Shown here one piece after another: positions 1-13,879 of a stretch of 64,000 nt of DNA. Origin of the DNA: an uncultured delta proteobacterium (lineage in GTDB: Bacteria; Myxococcota_A; Polyangia; Fen-1088). The first letter of the stretch is position 1. Every line of letters starts with the position of its first letter. The stretch is from the NCBI GenBank assembly GCA_963767925.1, contig CAVYGB010000002.1:288001-352000 (forward strand), read 5' to 3'. A model generated the notes under the pieces. The model ran no database searches. It was not told the origin of the DNA and saw only the letters and a program-made list of their open reading frames with translations. The translations under genes were made by a program, and so were the position numbers.

Positions 1-376
1 CCAGCGGAGGGACGGCGCTGATCAGCGCCAGCTTGGCTACCCGCTTGTTGCCGTGACGGCCGATGTAGCGGGTGATCTCGCCGCCGCCGGTCGAGTGCCC
101 GACCAGGACGACGTTCTTCAGGTCGAGCTGGGTGAGGAGCTGGGCGAGGTCGTCGGCGTAGGTGTCCATGTCGTTGCCTTGCCAGGGCTGGCTGGATCGG
201 CCGTGGCCGCGGCGGTCGTGGGCGATGGCCCGGTAGCCCCGCGAGGCGAGGAAGAAGAGCTGCTCGTCCCAGGCCTCGCCGTTGAGGGGCCAGCCGTGGC
301 TGAAGACGACAGGTTGTCCCTGGCCCCAGTCCTTGTAGAAGATGCTCGTGCCGTCTTTCGTCGTGATGGTGCTCAT
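1..376 (-). CDS. Alpha/beta hydrolase, non-heme chloroperoxidase/arylesterase type (3' end runs off the window)
   Basis: Manual translation gives [32 protein letters not shown]...HDRRGHGRS...VGHSTGGG, with HGWP and GxSxG motifs. Not in the ORF track. Confidence 0.9.
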   Translation of the reverse strand, partial: MSTITTKDGTSIFYKDWGQGQPVVFSHGWPLNGEAWDEQLFFLASRGYRAIAHDRRGHGRSSQPWQGNDMDTYADDLAQLLTQLDLKNVVLVGHSTGGGEITRYIGRHGNKRVAKLALISAVPPL

Positions 377-404
377 GGTCGAAGGTCCTTTCCGGTCTCC
401 AGGG

Positions 405-1166
405 TCACCGTTGCTCTCGCGCGGCGGGCTGGCCGAGCCAGTCGTCGAAGCGGATCTTGCCGAGCCGGGCGTTGCTCTCCGGGACGAGGGTGCGCTCGCC
501 GAGCACGGCGCCGAAGTAGGGCGCCTGCGGGTCGGCGACGACGCGGCGAGGGTCCTTGCGGGCGCCCAGGCCCCGCCGTACGAGGGCGTCGAGCCGGATC
601 TGCTCGGGGCCCGCCACCTCGACGGTGCCCTTGACCGGCTTGCCCAGGGCGATGGCGGCGACCGCGCTGGCGACGTCGTCGGCGGCCATGGGCTGGATCA
701 GCACGGGCGCGAGGCGCACGGTGTCGCCGTCGGTGGCCGAGCCGGCGATGTTCTTCACGAACTCGTAGAACTGGGTGGCGTGGACGATGGTGTAGGGGAT
801 GGCCGACGCCTTGATCAGCTTCTCCTGGGCGATCTTCGCCCGGAAGTAGCCGCTGTCGGTCAGGCGTTCGCTGCCCACCACCGACAGGGCGACGTGATGG
901 CCCACCCCGGCGGCCGCCTCGGCCGCGAGCAGGTTGCGCGTCGACGTCTCGAAGAAGGCCATCGCGGCGGCGTCCTCGAAGGACGGGGAGTTCGAGACGT
1001 CGACGACAACCGAGGCGCCCTGCAGCGCCTCCTTCAGCCCCGCGCCGGTGACGGTGTTGACCCCCGAGTTCGGTGAGGCGGCCACGACGTCGTGACCACC
1101 GTCCCGGAGCTGCTTGACCAGCTTCGACCCGATGAGCCCGCTGCCACCGATAACGACGATTTTCAT
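405..1166 (-). CDS. NmrA-like/atypical SDR NAD(P)-binding oxidoreductase
   Basis: N-terminal GGSGLIG Rossmann motif and YFRAK; typical partner of ECF41 sigma factors. Confidence 0.88.
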   Translation of the reverse strand: MKIVVIGGSGLIGSKLVKQLRDGGHDVVAASPNSGVNTVTGAGLKEALQGASVVVDVSNSPSFEDAAAMAFFETSTRNLLAAEAAAGVGHHVALSVVGSERLTDSGYFRAKIAQEKLIKASAIPYTIVHATQFYEFVKNIAGSATDGDTVRLAPVLIQPMAADDVASAVAAIALGKPVKGTVEVAGPEQIRLDALVRRGLGARKDPRRVVADPQAPYFGAVLGERTLVPESNARLGKIRFDDWLGQPAAREQR

Positions 1167-1224
1167 GATGATGTGCTCCTCCGTTTTCGCCGGAGCCCCC
1201 GCGGCCGCCGGCGCTGCTCGCCAT

Positions 1225-1251
1225 GACCGGGCACCTGGCCGGCTTGTGACA
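1225..1251 (-). promoter_or_regulatory. ECF41-type promoter (TGTCACA-N16-GGTC) upstream of the SDR gene
   Basis: Minus strand reads TGTCACA-agccggccaggtgccc-GGTC. The ECF41 consensus is TGTCACA-N16-CGTC, and the cognate-type sigma gene is adjacent and divergent. Confidence 0.7.
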
Positions 1252-1364
1252 GCTCCCGGGGCGGCGGCGGTAATTTCCCCGGCGCGCCCGTCGGCCAGGC
1301 CGGGGCCGTACGGTCGCGGCCCGCAACGCGCGGCGGGGCCGCGGCTTGGTCACCCGCGCGAGAA

Positions 1365-1922
1365 GTGGCCGGGTACCATCAACCGGTGGAGAACGGGGCG
1401 CCCGACGATGGCCTCGCGGCCTTTGTCCGGGCCCGTCCACGGCTCTTCGCCATCGCCCGCCGCCTGCTGGGCAGCGCGGCCGAGGCCGACGACGTCTTGC
1501 AGGACGTCTGGCTGCGCTGGCAGGCCACCGACCGCCGGGTGGTCCTGAACGCGCCCGCCTTCCTGGCGACGACAACAACCCGGCTGGCCATCAACGTGGC
1601 CCAGTCGGCCCGCGCGCGCCGCGAGACCCAGGTCGGGCGGTGGCTGCCGGAGCCGATCGACACCGCCGCCGACCCCGGCCTGGGGGCCGAGCGGGGCGAG
1701 GCGCTGGCGGTCGCGGCGCTGGTGCTGCGGGACCGGCTCTCGCCGTCCGAACGGGCGGCCTTCGTCCTGCGGGAGGCCTTCGACTACCCCTACCGGCAGA
1801 TCGCGGAGATCCTGCGCCTCGGAGAGGCCAACACCCGCCAGCTCGTGACCCGCGCCCGCAAACACCTCGCCCAGCGGCGCCCGGCCCGCTCGCGCCGCCG
1901 GGCTTCGCGGGCGGCACCCTAG
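1365..1922 (+). CDS. ECF sigma-70 factor, SigJ/ECF41-like, lacking the C-terminal SnoaL extension
   Basis: RPRLFAIARRLLGSAAEADDVLQDVWLRW (region 2); WLPEP; LSPSERAAFVLREAFDYPYRQIAEIL (region 4). Confidence 0.88.
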   Translation: MAGYHQPVENGAPDDGLAAFVRARPRLFAIARRLLGSAAEADDVLQDVWLRWQATDRRVVLNAPAFLATTTTRLAINVAQSARARRETQVGRWLPEPIDTAADPGLGAERGEALAVAALVLRDRLSPSERAAFVLREAFDYPYRQIAEILRLGEANTRQLVTRARKHLAQRRPARSRRRASRAAP

Positions 1923-1946
1923 CAGCACTGAACGGTGATCCGGAGA

Positions 1947-1990
1947 CCCCTCACCCCTCCCTCTCCCCGCTCCGCGGGGCGAGGGCGAAC
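1947..1990 (+). repeat. REP-like palindromic element, family A
   Basis: cccctcacccctccctctccccgctccgcggggcgagggcgaac; near-identical copies at 11852-11892 (-), 19355-19399 (+) and 19665-19709 (-). Confidence 0.8.
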
Positions 1991-2000
1991 GATCGGCGAG

Positions 2001-2533
2001 GTGCCTCAATCAGCTTCGAGCCGCGATTGTCCTGGTGCCTCGATCAGCTTCGAGCCGCGATTGTCCTGGTGCCTCGATCAGCTTCGAGCCGCGATTGTCC
2101 TGGTGCCTCGATCAGCTTCGAGCCGCGATTGTCCTGGTGCCTCGATCAGCTTCGAGCCGCGATTGTCCTGGTGCCTCGATCAGCTTCGAGCCGCGATTGT
2201 CCTGGTGCCTCGATCAGCTTCGAGCCGCGATTGTCCTGGTGCCTCGATCAGCTTCGAGCCGCGATTGTCCTGGTGCCTCGATCAGCTTCGAGCCGCGATT
2301 GTCCTGGTGCCTCGATCAGCTTCGAGCCGCGATTGTCCTGGTGCCTCGATCAGCTTCGAGCCGCGATTGTCCTGGTGCCTCGATCAGCTTCGAGCCGCGA
2401 TTGTCCTGGTGCCTCGATCAGCTTCGAGCCGCGATTGTCCTGGTGCCTCGATCAGCTTCGAGCCGCGATTGTCCTGGTGCCTCGATCAGCTTCGAGCCGC
2501 GATTGTCCTGGTGCCTCGATCAGCTTCGAGCCG
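2001..2533. repeat. Spacer-less tandem array of a 34-bp unit, 15 full copies plus a partial copy
   Basis: Unit gtgcctcgatcagcttcgagccgcgattgtcctg; only the first copy has a substitution. Confidence 0.97.
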
Positions 2534-2558
2534 GGCACCGGGGGCGGGTCGGTGAGGG

Positions 2559-4079
<1,521 letters not shown>

Positions 4080-4082
4080 CGG

Positions 4083-5192
4083 CTATTTGCCCTTGCCCAG
4101 GAAGGTCCGGATCGCCTCCATGATCCCCTCCTTGTTCTTGATCTCCGAGGAGACGACGTTCTCGTCGTCCTCGAAGTGATCGTTGAGGTCCTTGAGGAAC
4201 TGCCCCGAGCCGTAGGGGCTCTCCACCTGGCCGTAACAGAACAGGTTCACCTTCGGCAAGATGTCGTTCTTCATCAGCTCGATGCAAAGCACGGTGTCGT
4301 CGACCGACCAGTTGTCCCCGTCGGAGAAATGAAAGGGGTAGATGTTCCACTCGCTGGGGGGAAAGTCGCTCTCGATCATCTTGGCGCACAGCTTGTACGC
4401 GCTGGAGATCATGGTGCCGCCCGACTCGCGCGTGCGGAAGAAGGTGTCGCGGTCGACCTCCTTGGCCACGGCGTCGTGGATGATGTAGCGCGACTCCAGC
4501 CCCTTGTACTGCGAGCGCAGCCAGGTATCGATCCAGAAGGAGGTGATGCGGACGATCTCCTTCTGCTCGTCGCCCATCGACCCCGACACGTCCATGATGA
4601 AGATCATCACGGCGTTGGACTGGGGCAGCGGGGTGGTCCGCCACGACCGGTAGCGCCGGTCCTCCCGCACGGGGACGATCATCGGCCGCTCGGGGTTGTA
4701 GGTCCCGGTCATGATCTGCCGGCGCAGGGCCTGGCGGAAGGTGCGCTTGAAGTGGCGCAGCGATTCGGGACCGGTGCGGCGGATGCCGACGTAGCGGTCC
4801 TTCTGGGTGATGATCCGCTCCTTGCCCTTGGGCTCGATGCGGGGGAGCTGCAGCTCCTCGCCGAGGATCTGGGCCAGCTCGTCGAGCGACAGCTCGACCT
4901 CGAGGGCGTGTTCACCCGGGTCGGATCCCGCCTTGCCGGCCCCCTCCTCCTGCCCCTCGCCGCTGCCGATGGCGTCGCCCACCTGGCCGGGCCCCTGCCC
5001 CACCCCGCCCTTCTGCCCGCTGCCGAAGCGGAAGCGGGGCAGGTTGATCTGGGGCAGCGGGATGGACACCAGGTCCTTGCCCTTGCGCCCGATCAGCTCC
5101 CCGTTGGAGATGTACTTCTTGAGGTTCTGCTTGATCTTGCCGCGAACGATGTCGCGGAACCGGCGGTGGTCGGGATCTATGCGCAGAGCCAT
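4083..5192 (-). CDS. yeaH: DUF444 (YeaH/YhbH) vWA-like protein
   Basis: [19 protein letters not shown] and FHFSDGDNW motifs; operon context. Confidence 0.93.
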   Translation of the reverse strand: MALRIDPDHRRFRDIVRGKIKQNLKKYISNGELIGRKGKDLVSIPLPQINLPRFRFGSGQKGGVGQGPGQVGDAIGSGEGQEEGAGKAGSDPGEHALEVELSLDELAQILGEELQLPRIEPKGKERIITQKDRYVGIRRTGPESLRHFKRTFRQALRRQIMTGTYNPERPMIVPVREDRRYRSWRTTPLPQSNAVMIFIMDVSGSMGDEQKEIVRITSFWIDTWLRSQYKGLESRYIIHDAVAKEVDRDTFFRTRESGGTMISSAYKLCAKMIESDFPPSEWNIYPFHFSDGDNWSVDDTVLCIELMKNDILPKVNLFCYGQVESPYGSGQFLKDLNDHFEDDENVVSSEIKNKEGIMEAIRTFLGKGK

Positions 5193-5194
5193 GT

Positions 5195-5410
5195 TCAGAT
5201 CACCAGATCGATGAACCTTTCACTCGTCGGATCGTAGACCCCCAGCCGCCGCCCCTGGCGCTTGGCGGCCAGGCCGGTGTCGAGCAGGCCCAGGGCCCGG
5301 GTCAACACCGCCATGGGATCGGCGGTGTCGATGTCCTTCATCAGCTTGATGAGGAGCTGGGCGGCCGTGCCGTTCATCTCGACGTTGACCGGCCCGGTTC
5401 GTGGATCCAT
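5195..5410 (-). CDS. 71-aa hypothetical protein between prkA and yeaH
   Basis: [28 protein letters not shown]...RFIDLVI; GGAGG upstream; fills the gap and stops 2 bp before the yeaH start. Confidence 0.7.
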   Translation of the reverse strand: MDPRTGPVNVEMNGTAAQLLIKLMKDIDTADPMAVLTRALGLLDTGLAAKRQGRRLGVYDPTSERFIDLVI

Positions 5411-5430
5411 CGCTGGGGTTCCCTCCGGGC

Positions 5431-7506
<2,076 letters not shown>

Positions 7507-7806
7507 GCGATCTCCTTCCCCGCGACAACCCGGGGTCGGTGGTTCGCGGTCGCAGACGAGCGACTCGCGGCGAGCGGCACTGCCCGTTGAGTCTAACACG
7601 CGGGTGCGGCAAGGCCGGTCTCCGGTGCAAATCGGTTTGCGACCGCTCGTCGAACCCTTGCTCTTACTCTGTCCGGAAGTCTGGGTGAGTTCCAGACCTC
7701 GGCGCGAGTTTGCCGTCGAAGACCACCTCGGCGGGCCGTCCGCCGGGCGGCGCCGCCGCTCCCTGGTCCGCGGCGGGCCCGGACGACCTGGCCCGCGCGA
7801 CCCGGG

Positions 7807-8928
7807 TCACCGCTTCTTGGGCATGGGCCGGCCGCCCCGCTGGTACTTCACCACCGCCGCCTCGTGCTCCTCTTCGGTAACGGAGAACTGGTGGTGGCCG
7901 TCCCCCCGGGCGACGAAGAAGAGGTAAGGGGACTTGTCGGGGTTGAACACGGCCTGCAAGGAGGCGCGGCCAGGGTTGGCGATGGGGCCGGGGGGGAGGC
8001 CCTGGATGGCGTAGGTGTTGTAGTCGTTGTCCTGGTCGTTGAGGTGGATCCGCTGGATGTTCATGTTCTTGAACTGCCGGCAGGCCTCCGAGATACGACC
8101 GGTGTAGATGGGCGCCACCGCACAGCCATAGATGATGGTGGGGTCGGTCTCGAGCCGGCGGCGCGGGAAGGTGGGCAAGGTCAGGCGGTTGATGTTGAGC
8201 TGCGCGATGCGCGGGCGCTCATCGGCCCGCCCGGTCTCCTTCTCGATGATGGAGGCCAGGGTGACCACCTGTCGGTCCTCGAAGCCCAGCCGCCGCCGCA
8301 GGTCCTCGAGCCCGTCGGCGTGGGCCCGTTTCAGCTCCTCGTAGACCTGGCGGTGGCGCCGCACCATGGTGAAGATGACGTCCACGGGCGGGCTGTTGGG
8401 ACGCAGGCGGTAGGTGTCGGGGAACAGGTACCCCTCGAGCGACAGGCCCGGGATCTCCATCGACTTCACGATGGCGGGGTTGATGGCAGCGGCGATGAAC
8501 TCGGCCTTGCGCGTCACCCCGGCGGCCTCGAGGATGTCGGCGATCTCGACGAAGTTCTTGCCCTCGGGGATGGTGACGGTGACCAGCCGGTCGGCCGCGC
8601 CCTTCATGAGGGTGTCGACCAGCTCCTTGGGGCTGACGGGGGCCTTGACCTCGTAGTTGCCGCTACGGATCCGACCCGCCGCCCCGCGCTGGGCGGTGTA
8701 CAGGCGGAACAGGGCGGGGCTCTCGACAAGCCCGGCTTTCTGCATCAGCTCCGAGACGTCCTGGGCGGTGGCGCCGCGGGGGATGGTGATCTTCACCGTC
8801 CCCTCGGCTGACCCGTCGCTGCGGTCGGGGTAGCTCCAGACCAGGTAGAGGATGACGCTGAAGGTGGCGACACCTGCCAGCATGGTTCCCAGGAAGACCC
8901 AAAGGGCGCGGCGCATGTCCGATCTCAT
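7807..8928 (-). CDS. mltG: Endolytic transglycosylase MltG
   Basis: N-terminal TM; EGYLFPDTY; LASIIEKET; YNTY..GLPPGPIANPG. Confidence 0.95.
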   Translation of the reverse strand: MRSDMRRALWVFLGTMLAGVATFSVILYLVWSYPDRSDGSAEGTVKITIPRGATAQDVSELMQKAGLVESPALFRLYTAQRGAAGRIRSGNYEVKAPVSPKELVDTLMKGAADRLVTVTIPEGKNFVEIADILEAAGVTRKAEFIAAAINPAIVKSMEIPGLSLEGYLFPDTYRLRPNSPPVDVIFTMVRRHRQVYEELKRAHADGLEDLRRRLGFEDRQVVTLASIIEKETGRADERPRIAQLNINRLTLPTFPRRRLETDPTIIYGCAVAPIYTGRISEACRQFKNMNIQRIHLNDQDNDYNTYAIQGLPPGPIANPGRASLQAVFNPDKSPYLFFVARGDGHHQFSVTEEEHEAAVVKYQRGGRPMPKKR

Positions 8929-9359
8929 GGTGTCCTCTCCGTTTCAGGCGCGCGCCGGGCATCGAGCCAGCGCTGCAGGATCACGGCCGCGGCGAGCTTG
9001 TCGACGACCTCGCGGCGGCGTTTGCGCGACAGGTCGGCGGCCAGGAGCACGTCTTGCGCCTCTACCGTCGAGAAGCTCTCGTCGATGAGGTCGACGGGGA
9101 GCTGCAGGTGGGCGGCGAGCCGGTCGCCGAAGGCCCGGGCCCGGCGGGCGTTGTCGGTCTCGCGGCCCTCGGGGTCGAGGGGCAGCCCGAGGACCAGCCG
9201 TTCGGCCCCCACCGCCCGCACCACCTGCGCCAGGGCGTCCAGGTCGCGGAGTCCGCCGTGCCGGGCCACCGTGGCGTAGGGCTGGGCGGTGAGCCCCAGG
9301 CCATCCGAGACCGCCACGCCGATCCGGCGGGAGCCGAGGTCGATGCCCACCACGCGCAT
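8925..9359 (-). CDS. ruvX: Holliday junction resolvase-like RuvX/YqgF
   Basis: GIDLGSRRIGVAVSD, DESFST and DKLAAAVILQ motifs; overlaps the mltG start. Confidence 0.95.
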   Translation of the reverse strand: MRVVGIDLGSRRIGVAVSDGLGLTAQPYATVARHGGLRDLDALAQVVRAVGAERLVLGLPLDPEGRETDNARRARAFGDRLAAHLQLPVDLIDESFSTVEAQDVLLAADLSRKRRREVVDKLAAAVILQRWLDARRAPETERTP

Positions 9360-9420
9360 GATGTATCGACGGGGAACATAGCACTCTAACGCGGGGGGGT
9401 GGATCTATGATGCACGCATC

Positions 9421-9726
9421 ATGTCGGACGTACCGAAGGCGCCCCCGGGCTCGCAGCAGATCCAGATCGACCTCGACGAAGCGACGGCGCAGGGGATGTA
9501 TTGCAACCTCGTGCTGATCAACCACACCGACGCGGAGTTCATTCTCGACTTCGCCTTCTTGCAGCCCTCGGCGCCCCAGGCGCGGGTGCGGGCCCGGATC
9601 ATCTCCTCGCCGCGGCACACGAAGCGGCTGCTGCGGGCGCTGGAGACAAACCTCGAGCGGTACGAGGAGCGCTTCGGCAAGATCACCGAAGAGGGGCAGG
9701 CGCCCGACCCGACCATCGTGAGCTGA
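9421..9726 (+). CDS. DUF3467 family protein
   Basis: GMYCNLVLINHTDAEFILDF...RIISSPRHTKRLLRAL..N..RYEERFG. Confidence 0.88.
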   Translation: MSDVPKAPPGSQQIQIDLDEATAQGMYCNLVLINHTDAEFILDFAFLQPSAPQARVRARIISSPRHTKRLLRALETNLERYEERFGKITEEGQAPDPTIVS

Positions 9727-9858
9727 GCTGAGCTGCGCGCGCCGGGTCGCGCGCAGGGAACGTGGCGGTCGCCGCGGGCGTGGGGCGCGCCGCGGGCGCG
9801 GGTGGCTGGGGAGATCGACGGCCGGGAGATGCCGGCCGCGGGACGCCGGGCGCCCGGC

Positions 9859-10776
9859 TCAGCTCACGGCGCCTTCGAGCGCGACCAGGGTGCCGTGGCG
9901 GGTGTCGAGCTCGACCAGGGTGCCGTAGGGCAGCGCGGTGTTGCGGCTGCCGTGGCCGACCAGGGCCCCGGTGGCCACCGGGATGGCGAGGCGCCCGAGG
10001 CGTTCCTCCAGCACCTGCTCGACCGAGGGGGACTTGAGGGGCGAGCCCTCGGCCTCGCAGCAGTCCTTGAAGTCGCCGAGCACCACGGCCGAGACGGCGC
10101 TGAACACGCCGGCCAGGTCGAGGTGGGTGATGAGGCGGTCGATCCGATACGGGCGCTCGCCGATGTCCTCGAGCAGCAGGACGGCGCCGCTGAGGTCGGG
10201 CAGGAAGGGCGTACCCAGGAGGCGGGAGAACACCTCGAGGTTGCCGCCGACCAGGGGGCCCTGCACGCGTCCGGGGATCAGCGAGACCAGGTCGGTCAGC
10301 AGGAGGCCCTGGCCGGCGCGCTCGAGCAGGCCGAACAGGGCGGCGTGATCTTCGGGCGGCAGGCGGTGGAGCTGGGTCACCACCGGGCCGTGCACCGAGG
10401 CCAGCCCGGCGCGGGCGGCGGCGGCCAGCAGCGCGGTGCCGTCGGAGAACCCGACGATGGCCTTGGGGTGCGCGCGCAGGAGGGCGGGGTCGAGCATCGG
10501 GAGCAGGCGCATCAGGCCGTAGCCGCCGCGGGCCAGGAAGATGGCCCGGGCGTCGGGATCGGCCAGGGCGGCCGCCAGCTCGGTCAGCCGGTGCTCGTCG
10601 CTGCCGGCGAGGAAGCCGTCGGCGGCGTAGATCAGCACCTGGTCGTAGCGGACCTGGTAGCGGGTGGCGAGCACGGCGGCGCCGGCCTCCAGCTCCTTGC
10701 GCGGGACGGGGCCCGAGGCGGCGACGATGCGGACGGGGGCGCCGGGGATCAGCCGCGGCGGCAGCAGGAGTGACAT
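9859..10776 (-). CDS. LD-carboxypeptidase (peptidase S66)
   Basis: RGGYG, GFSD (Ser), LLEDI (Glu) and GHG (His) triad motifs. Confidence 0.92.
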   Translation of the reverse strand: MSLLLPPRLIPGAPVRIVAASGPVPRKELEAGAAVLATRYQVRYDQVLIYAADGFLAGSDEHRLTELAAALADPDARAIFLARGGYGLMRLLPMLDPALLRAHPKAIVGFSDGTALLAAAARAGLASVHGPVVTQLHRLPPEDHAALFGLLERAGQGLLLTDLVSLIPGRVQGPLVGGNLEVFSRLLGTPFLPDLSGAVLLLEDIGERPYRIDRLITHLDLAGVFSAVSAVVLGDFKDCCEAEGSPLKSPSVEQVLEERLGRLAIPVATGALVGHGSRNTALPYGTLVELDTRHGTLVALEGAVS

Positions 10777-10800
10777 GGGTCGGTCCGACCCGCTTCTAGC

Positions 10801-11343
10801 CTAGCGACGGCGGCGGCGCCGGCGTTTGTTGTTGGCGCCGTTGGAGGCGGCGTTTGGGTCGTGCAGGCCGCTCACCTCGTCGGGGCCGAGGTCGCCGTTG
10901 TCGCCGTTGGACTCGCCGTTCAGGTCGCCGGTGTCGTGCTCGCCGGTGCCGTTGAGGCTGGGGTCGTTGCCCACCGGCTCGGGCACGGCCCCGTCGGCCT
11001 CCAGGACGATGGGGGGCTCGACCGGCTCGGGGCGGGGGCCCTCGCGCACAGCCCGGTATTCGCCGGAGTAATCGGGGTTGGGCAGCAGGGTGACCTCGAA
11101 GGGCTCGCTCTGGCCGACGGCGCGGACGTGCATGACCGAGGTGGCGGCCACCGAGGCCTCGGTGACGCGCACGACCCGCACGAAAGAGACCTCCGGCCCG
11201 ACGCACAGCTCGAGGCGGGTTCCCACGGGCATCGGTTCGGCGGTCGTGAGCTGCAGGACGCCGCCCTGCTCCATGCTGCCGGCCATGGCGCTGATGCGAT
11301 CGATCACCACCCCCTCGTACCGGATCTCCACAGGCGTCTCCAC
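10801..11343 (-). CDS. Hypothetical protein with PilZ-like N-terminus, acidic linker and poly-Arg tail
   Basis: PMPVGTRLEL segment; ends NNKRRRRRRR; coding-like codon usage. Confidence 0.6.
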   Translation of the reverse strand: METPVEIRYEGVVIDRISAMAGSMEQGGVLQLTTAEPMPVGTRLELCVGPEVSFVRVVRVTEASVAATSVMHVRAVGQSEPFEVTLLPNPDYSGEYRAVREGPRPEPVEPPIVLEADGAVPEPVGNDPSLNGTGEHDTGDLNGESNGDNGDLGPDEVSGLHDPNAASNGANNKRRRRRRR

Positions 11344-11851
11344 GGCAGTTCATCTTACGAACCGTCTCGTAGGGGCGGCAAGCGGGGTTTTTCGAGGGCA
11401 TCCCGAGACTTTGACGTAGCGCAGAGAGGGTTCTTGCGCGGGCCGAGGGCCTGAATGGAGGGAGAGGTGGGGTGCCGGGTAGCGTTAATGGGGGTGGGCG
11501 GAGCGAACCCGGCGGTTTCGGGTGGGGCGGGCGGTGAAGGGGGGTTGGAATTGGACCTAGGTCTTGAGTGGGCGCGGAGATCTCCGGCCAAATCTCTCAT
11601 CGAGACGCCGACGGGAAACCATGGCTGGGACCTGCGGACGGCTGGACGATGGGCGCCACTGGTTTCCGGCCCGTCGCGGGCCGCAGGAAGGGCTTCCTCG
11701 CGGCGGCGTTCAGTCGAAGCAGCGCCCGCCCAAATGATGAATCGGGGGCCAGGCGCGGGCCAGGCATGGGCAAGGTGGTCGTGCGCCCCCGCGCTCCGGC
11801 CATCTGCCATTGAACACCCGCTCGGGTGACGATCGGAGCGCCTCGCCATTC

Positions 11852-11892
11852 GTTCGCCCTCGCCCCGCGGCAGCGGGGAGAGGGGTGAGGGG
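11852..11892 (-). repeat. REP-like element, family A
   Basis: gttcgccctcgccccgcggcagcggggagaggggtgagggg, the reverse complement of the family A sequence with a short deletion. Confidence 0.75.
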
Positions 11893-12066
11893 TCCGCGCG
11901 CGCGGTTCGAGCCGTTGCTGCTCGAGGGGGGGCTCGGCGGGTCGTCGAAGCCCGCCCCGCTCGTCGCCCACGACGTGACCAGCGAGCGCGATTCGCGGCC
12001 ACCGCGGCCCTCCGGCGGCCTCGGAGGGAGGGTCCGGTGGCGGGGCAACGCTGCTACAATTGCGCG

Positions 12067-13648
12067 GTGGAAAGTCGGCTCCGACTGCTCCGAGGGGTGG
12101 TGCTGGTGGGTCTCCTGTGCGCGCCGCTGCGGGGGCGCGCGCAGCTCCAGCAGAACGAATATCAGCAGCAGCAGGACTACGCGGCCAAGTTCGAGCCGGC
12201 GCCGCTGCTGGCGCCGGGCCGGCCGGGCGGGGGGCCCTCGGGCCTGGTGCGCTTGCGCTTTTACGCCGACGACGAGTTCCGCAGCAGCAGCGGCGGCGGC
12301 CGCTGGCAAGATCGGGTGCGGGGCCAGCTCCTCAGCCTCAACCAGGTGGTGGAGCCGACCTTCGGCATCCGCTTCGAGGGGGAGAGCTTCCGCCGCTGGG
12401 AGCGGACGGGCAAGGGCGGCGCCCTGCAGCCGATGCTGGAGGAGCTCGAGAAGCTCGACAAGGGGCCCGACGTCGACTGGGTGGTGGGGCTGGTCTCGCC
12501 GCTGCCGCTCGTGTCGATGTCGTTCCACGACCTGGGCTGCGCGCGCGTGCTGGGGCGCCACTTCGTGCTGCGCGGGATGGCCTCCATCGCCGAGCTCGAC
12601 GACTTCAAGCGCGTGCTGCCGAAGCTCGACCAGGAGGACCGGGAGAAGCTCTACAGCCGGCGCAAGCTCCACAAGGAGCTCTCGATCTTCCTGCACGAGT
12701 GGGCGCACACGCTGGGCGCCCTGCACGTCGAGGACGGCACCCGCATCATGGGGCCGGGCTACTCGAACCGGACCAGCCTGTTTTCGGCGGAGGACGCGGG
12801 GCTGATCGCGGCCGGGCTGGACGCGCGGATGGCGGCGCGGGGCAAGGAGACGATCGACTGGACGCCCCTGCGCAAGCTGGTGACCGACGCGAAGGGGGAC
12901 TGGGTGAAGGCGGACCGGGCGCAGCTCATGGAGCTGCTCCAGGGGTCACAGGCGCGGGCCGAGGCGGGAGGCGAGATTCGATCGGGTGCCCACCTTGCCG
13001 ATTCCGGGGCTGGGACCTCCGGGCGGGGGGCTGGGGCTGCGGCGGCCGGCGCCGCCCGAGACCGGGCCGGTGGCGGAGGCGCGCAAGCTGATGGCGCGCG
13101 GGCAGCTCACGGCCGCCGGGCGGATGCTGGCGAGCGCGGGGCAAGGGGCCGACGTGCGGGCGGCGGCGGCGGACATGGTCGAGGCGCGGCGACGGCTGGG
13201 GCTTCCGCCGGCTGGCAAGGGGTTTGCGCTGGCGGCCGAGGCGGAGCCGGACTACGCGGCGGTTGTCGAGGAGGCGCGGCGGCTCATGCGGGCGGGGAAG
13301 CCGGGGGAGGCGCAGGTGGCGGCGGAGCGCGGGTTGAAGAAATACGCGGGGGCGCCGGGGTTGCTGGTGGTGCAGTGTGAGGCGCTGTTGCGGCAGGGGC
13401 GACCGCGGGCTGGGGGCAAGCCGTGCACGGATGCGCTGGAGGTGATGGAGGATTTGCCCCATGCGCATTATTTGCTCGGATGCATCTATGCGGAGGTCGG
13501 GCAGGTGGATCGCGCCATCACCTCTTTGAAGCGGTCGATCGAGCTGGATCGCAACGATCAGAAGGTTTGGGAGGCGCTCTCGCAGTTGTATCGCGGGCTG
13601 GGGCGCACCGACGAATACAGCAAGTTCGCGGCGAAGCACGGCATGTAA
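12067..13648 (+). CDS. Secreted metzincin zinc metalloprotease with C-terminal TPRs, split by a frameshift near 12940-12990
   Basis: Signal peptide; HEWAHTLGALH zinc motif with IM Met-turn. TPRs (AHYLLGCIYAEVGQVDRAITSLKRSIELD) continue in the frame of ORF 12986..13648. Confidence 0.78.
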
Positions 13649-13777
13649 CGCCGGCGGGCCCGCGCGTCCGTAGCCCGTTCCCGTTCCCGTCCCCGTATGC
13701 GTCCGCATACCCGGGGCGACCACCGGTGCCTGCACGGCATCTCCTTTTCGCCGCGACGGGAACGGGCGTCGGGCGTC

Positions 13778-13879
13778 GGCTACGGCTACGGCTACGGCTA
13801 CGGCTACGGCTACGGCTACGGCTACGGCTACGGCTACGGCTACGGCTACGGCTACGGCTATGGCTACGGCTATGGCTAC
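13778..13879. repeat. Hexamer microsatellite (GGCTAC)x17
   Basis: Read directly; two units are GGCTAT. Confidence 0.95.

Noticed and set aside
1..376. Functional link between the chloroperoxidase-like hydrolase and the halogenase
   Set aside because: They are 50 kb apart, and this family generally acts as esterases/perhydrolases.
2001..2533. CRISPR array
   Set aside because: The units abut with no unique spacers, and there are no cas genes in the window.
11355..12036. Gene or ncRNA in the ~700-bp intergenic gap
   Set aside because: The ORFs are low-complexity with no motifs, and I recognised no RNA family; only a REP is supported.
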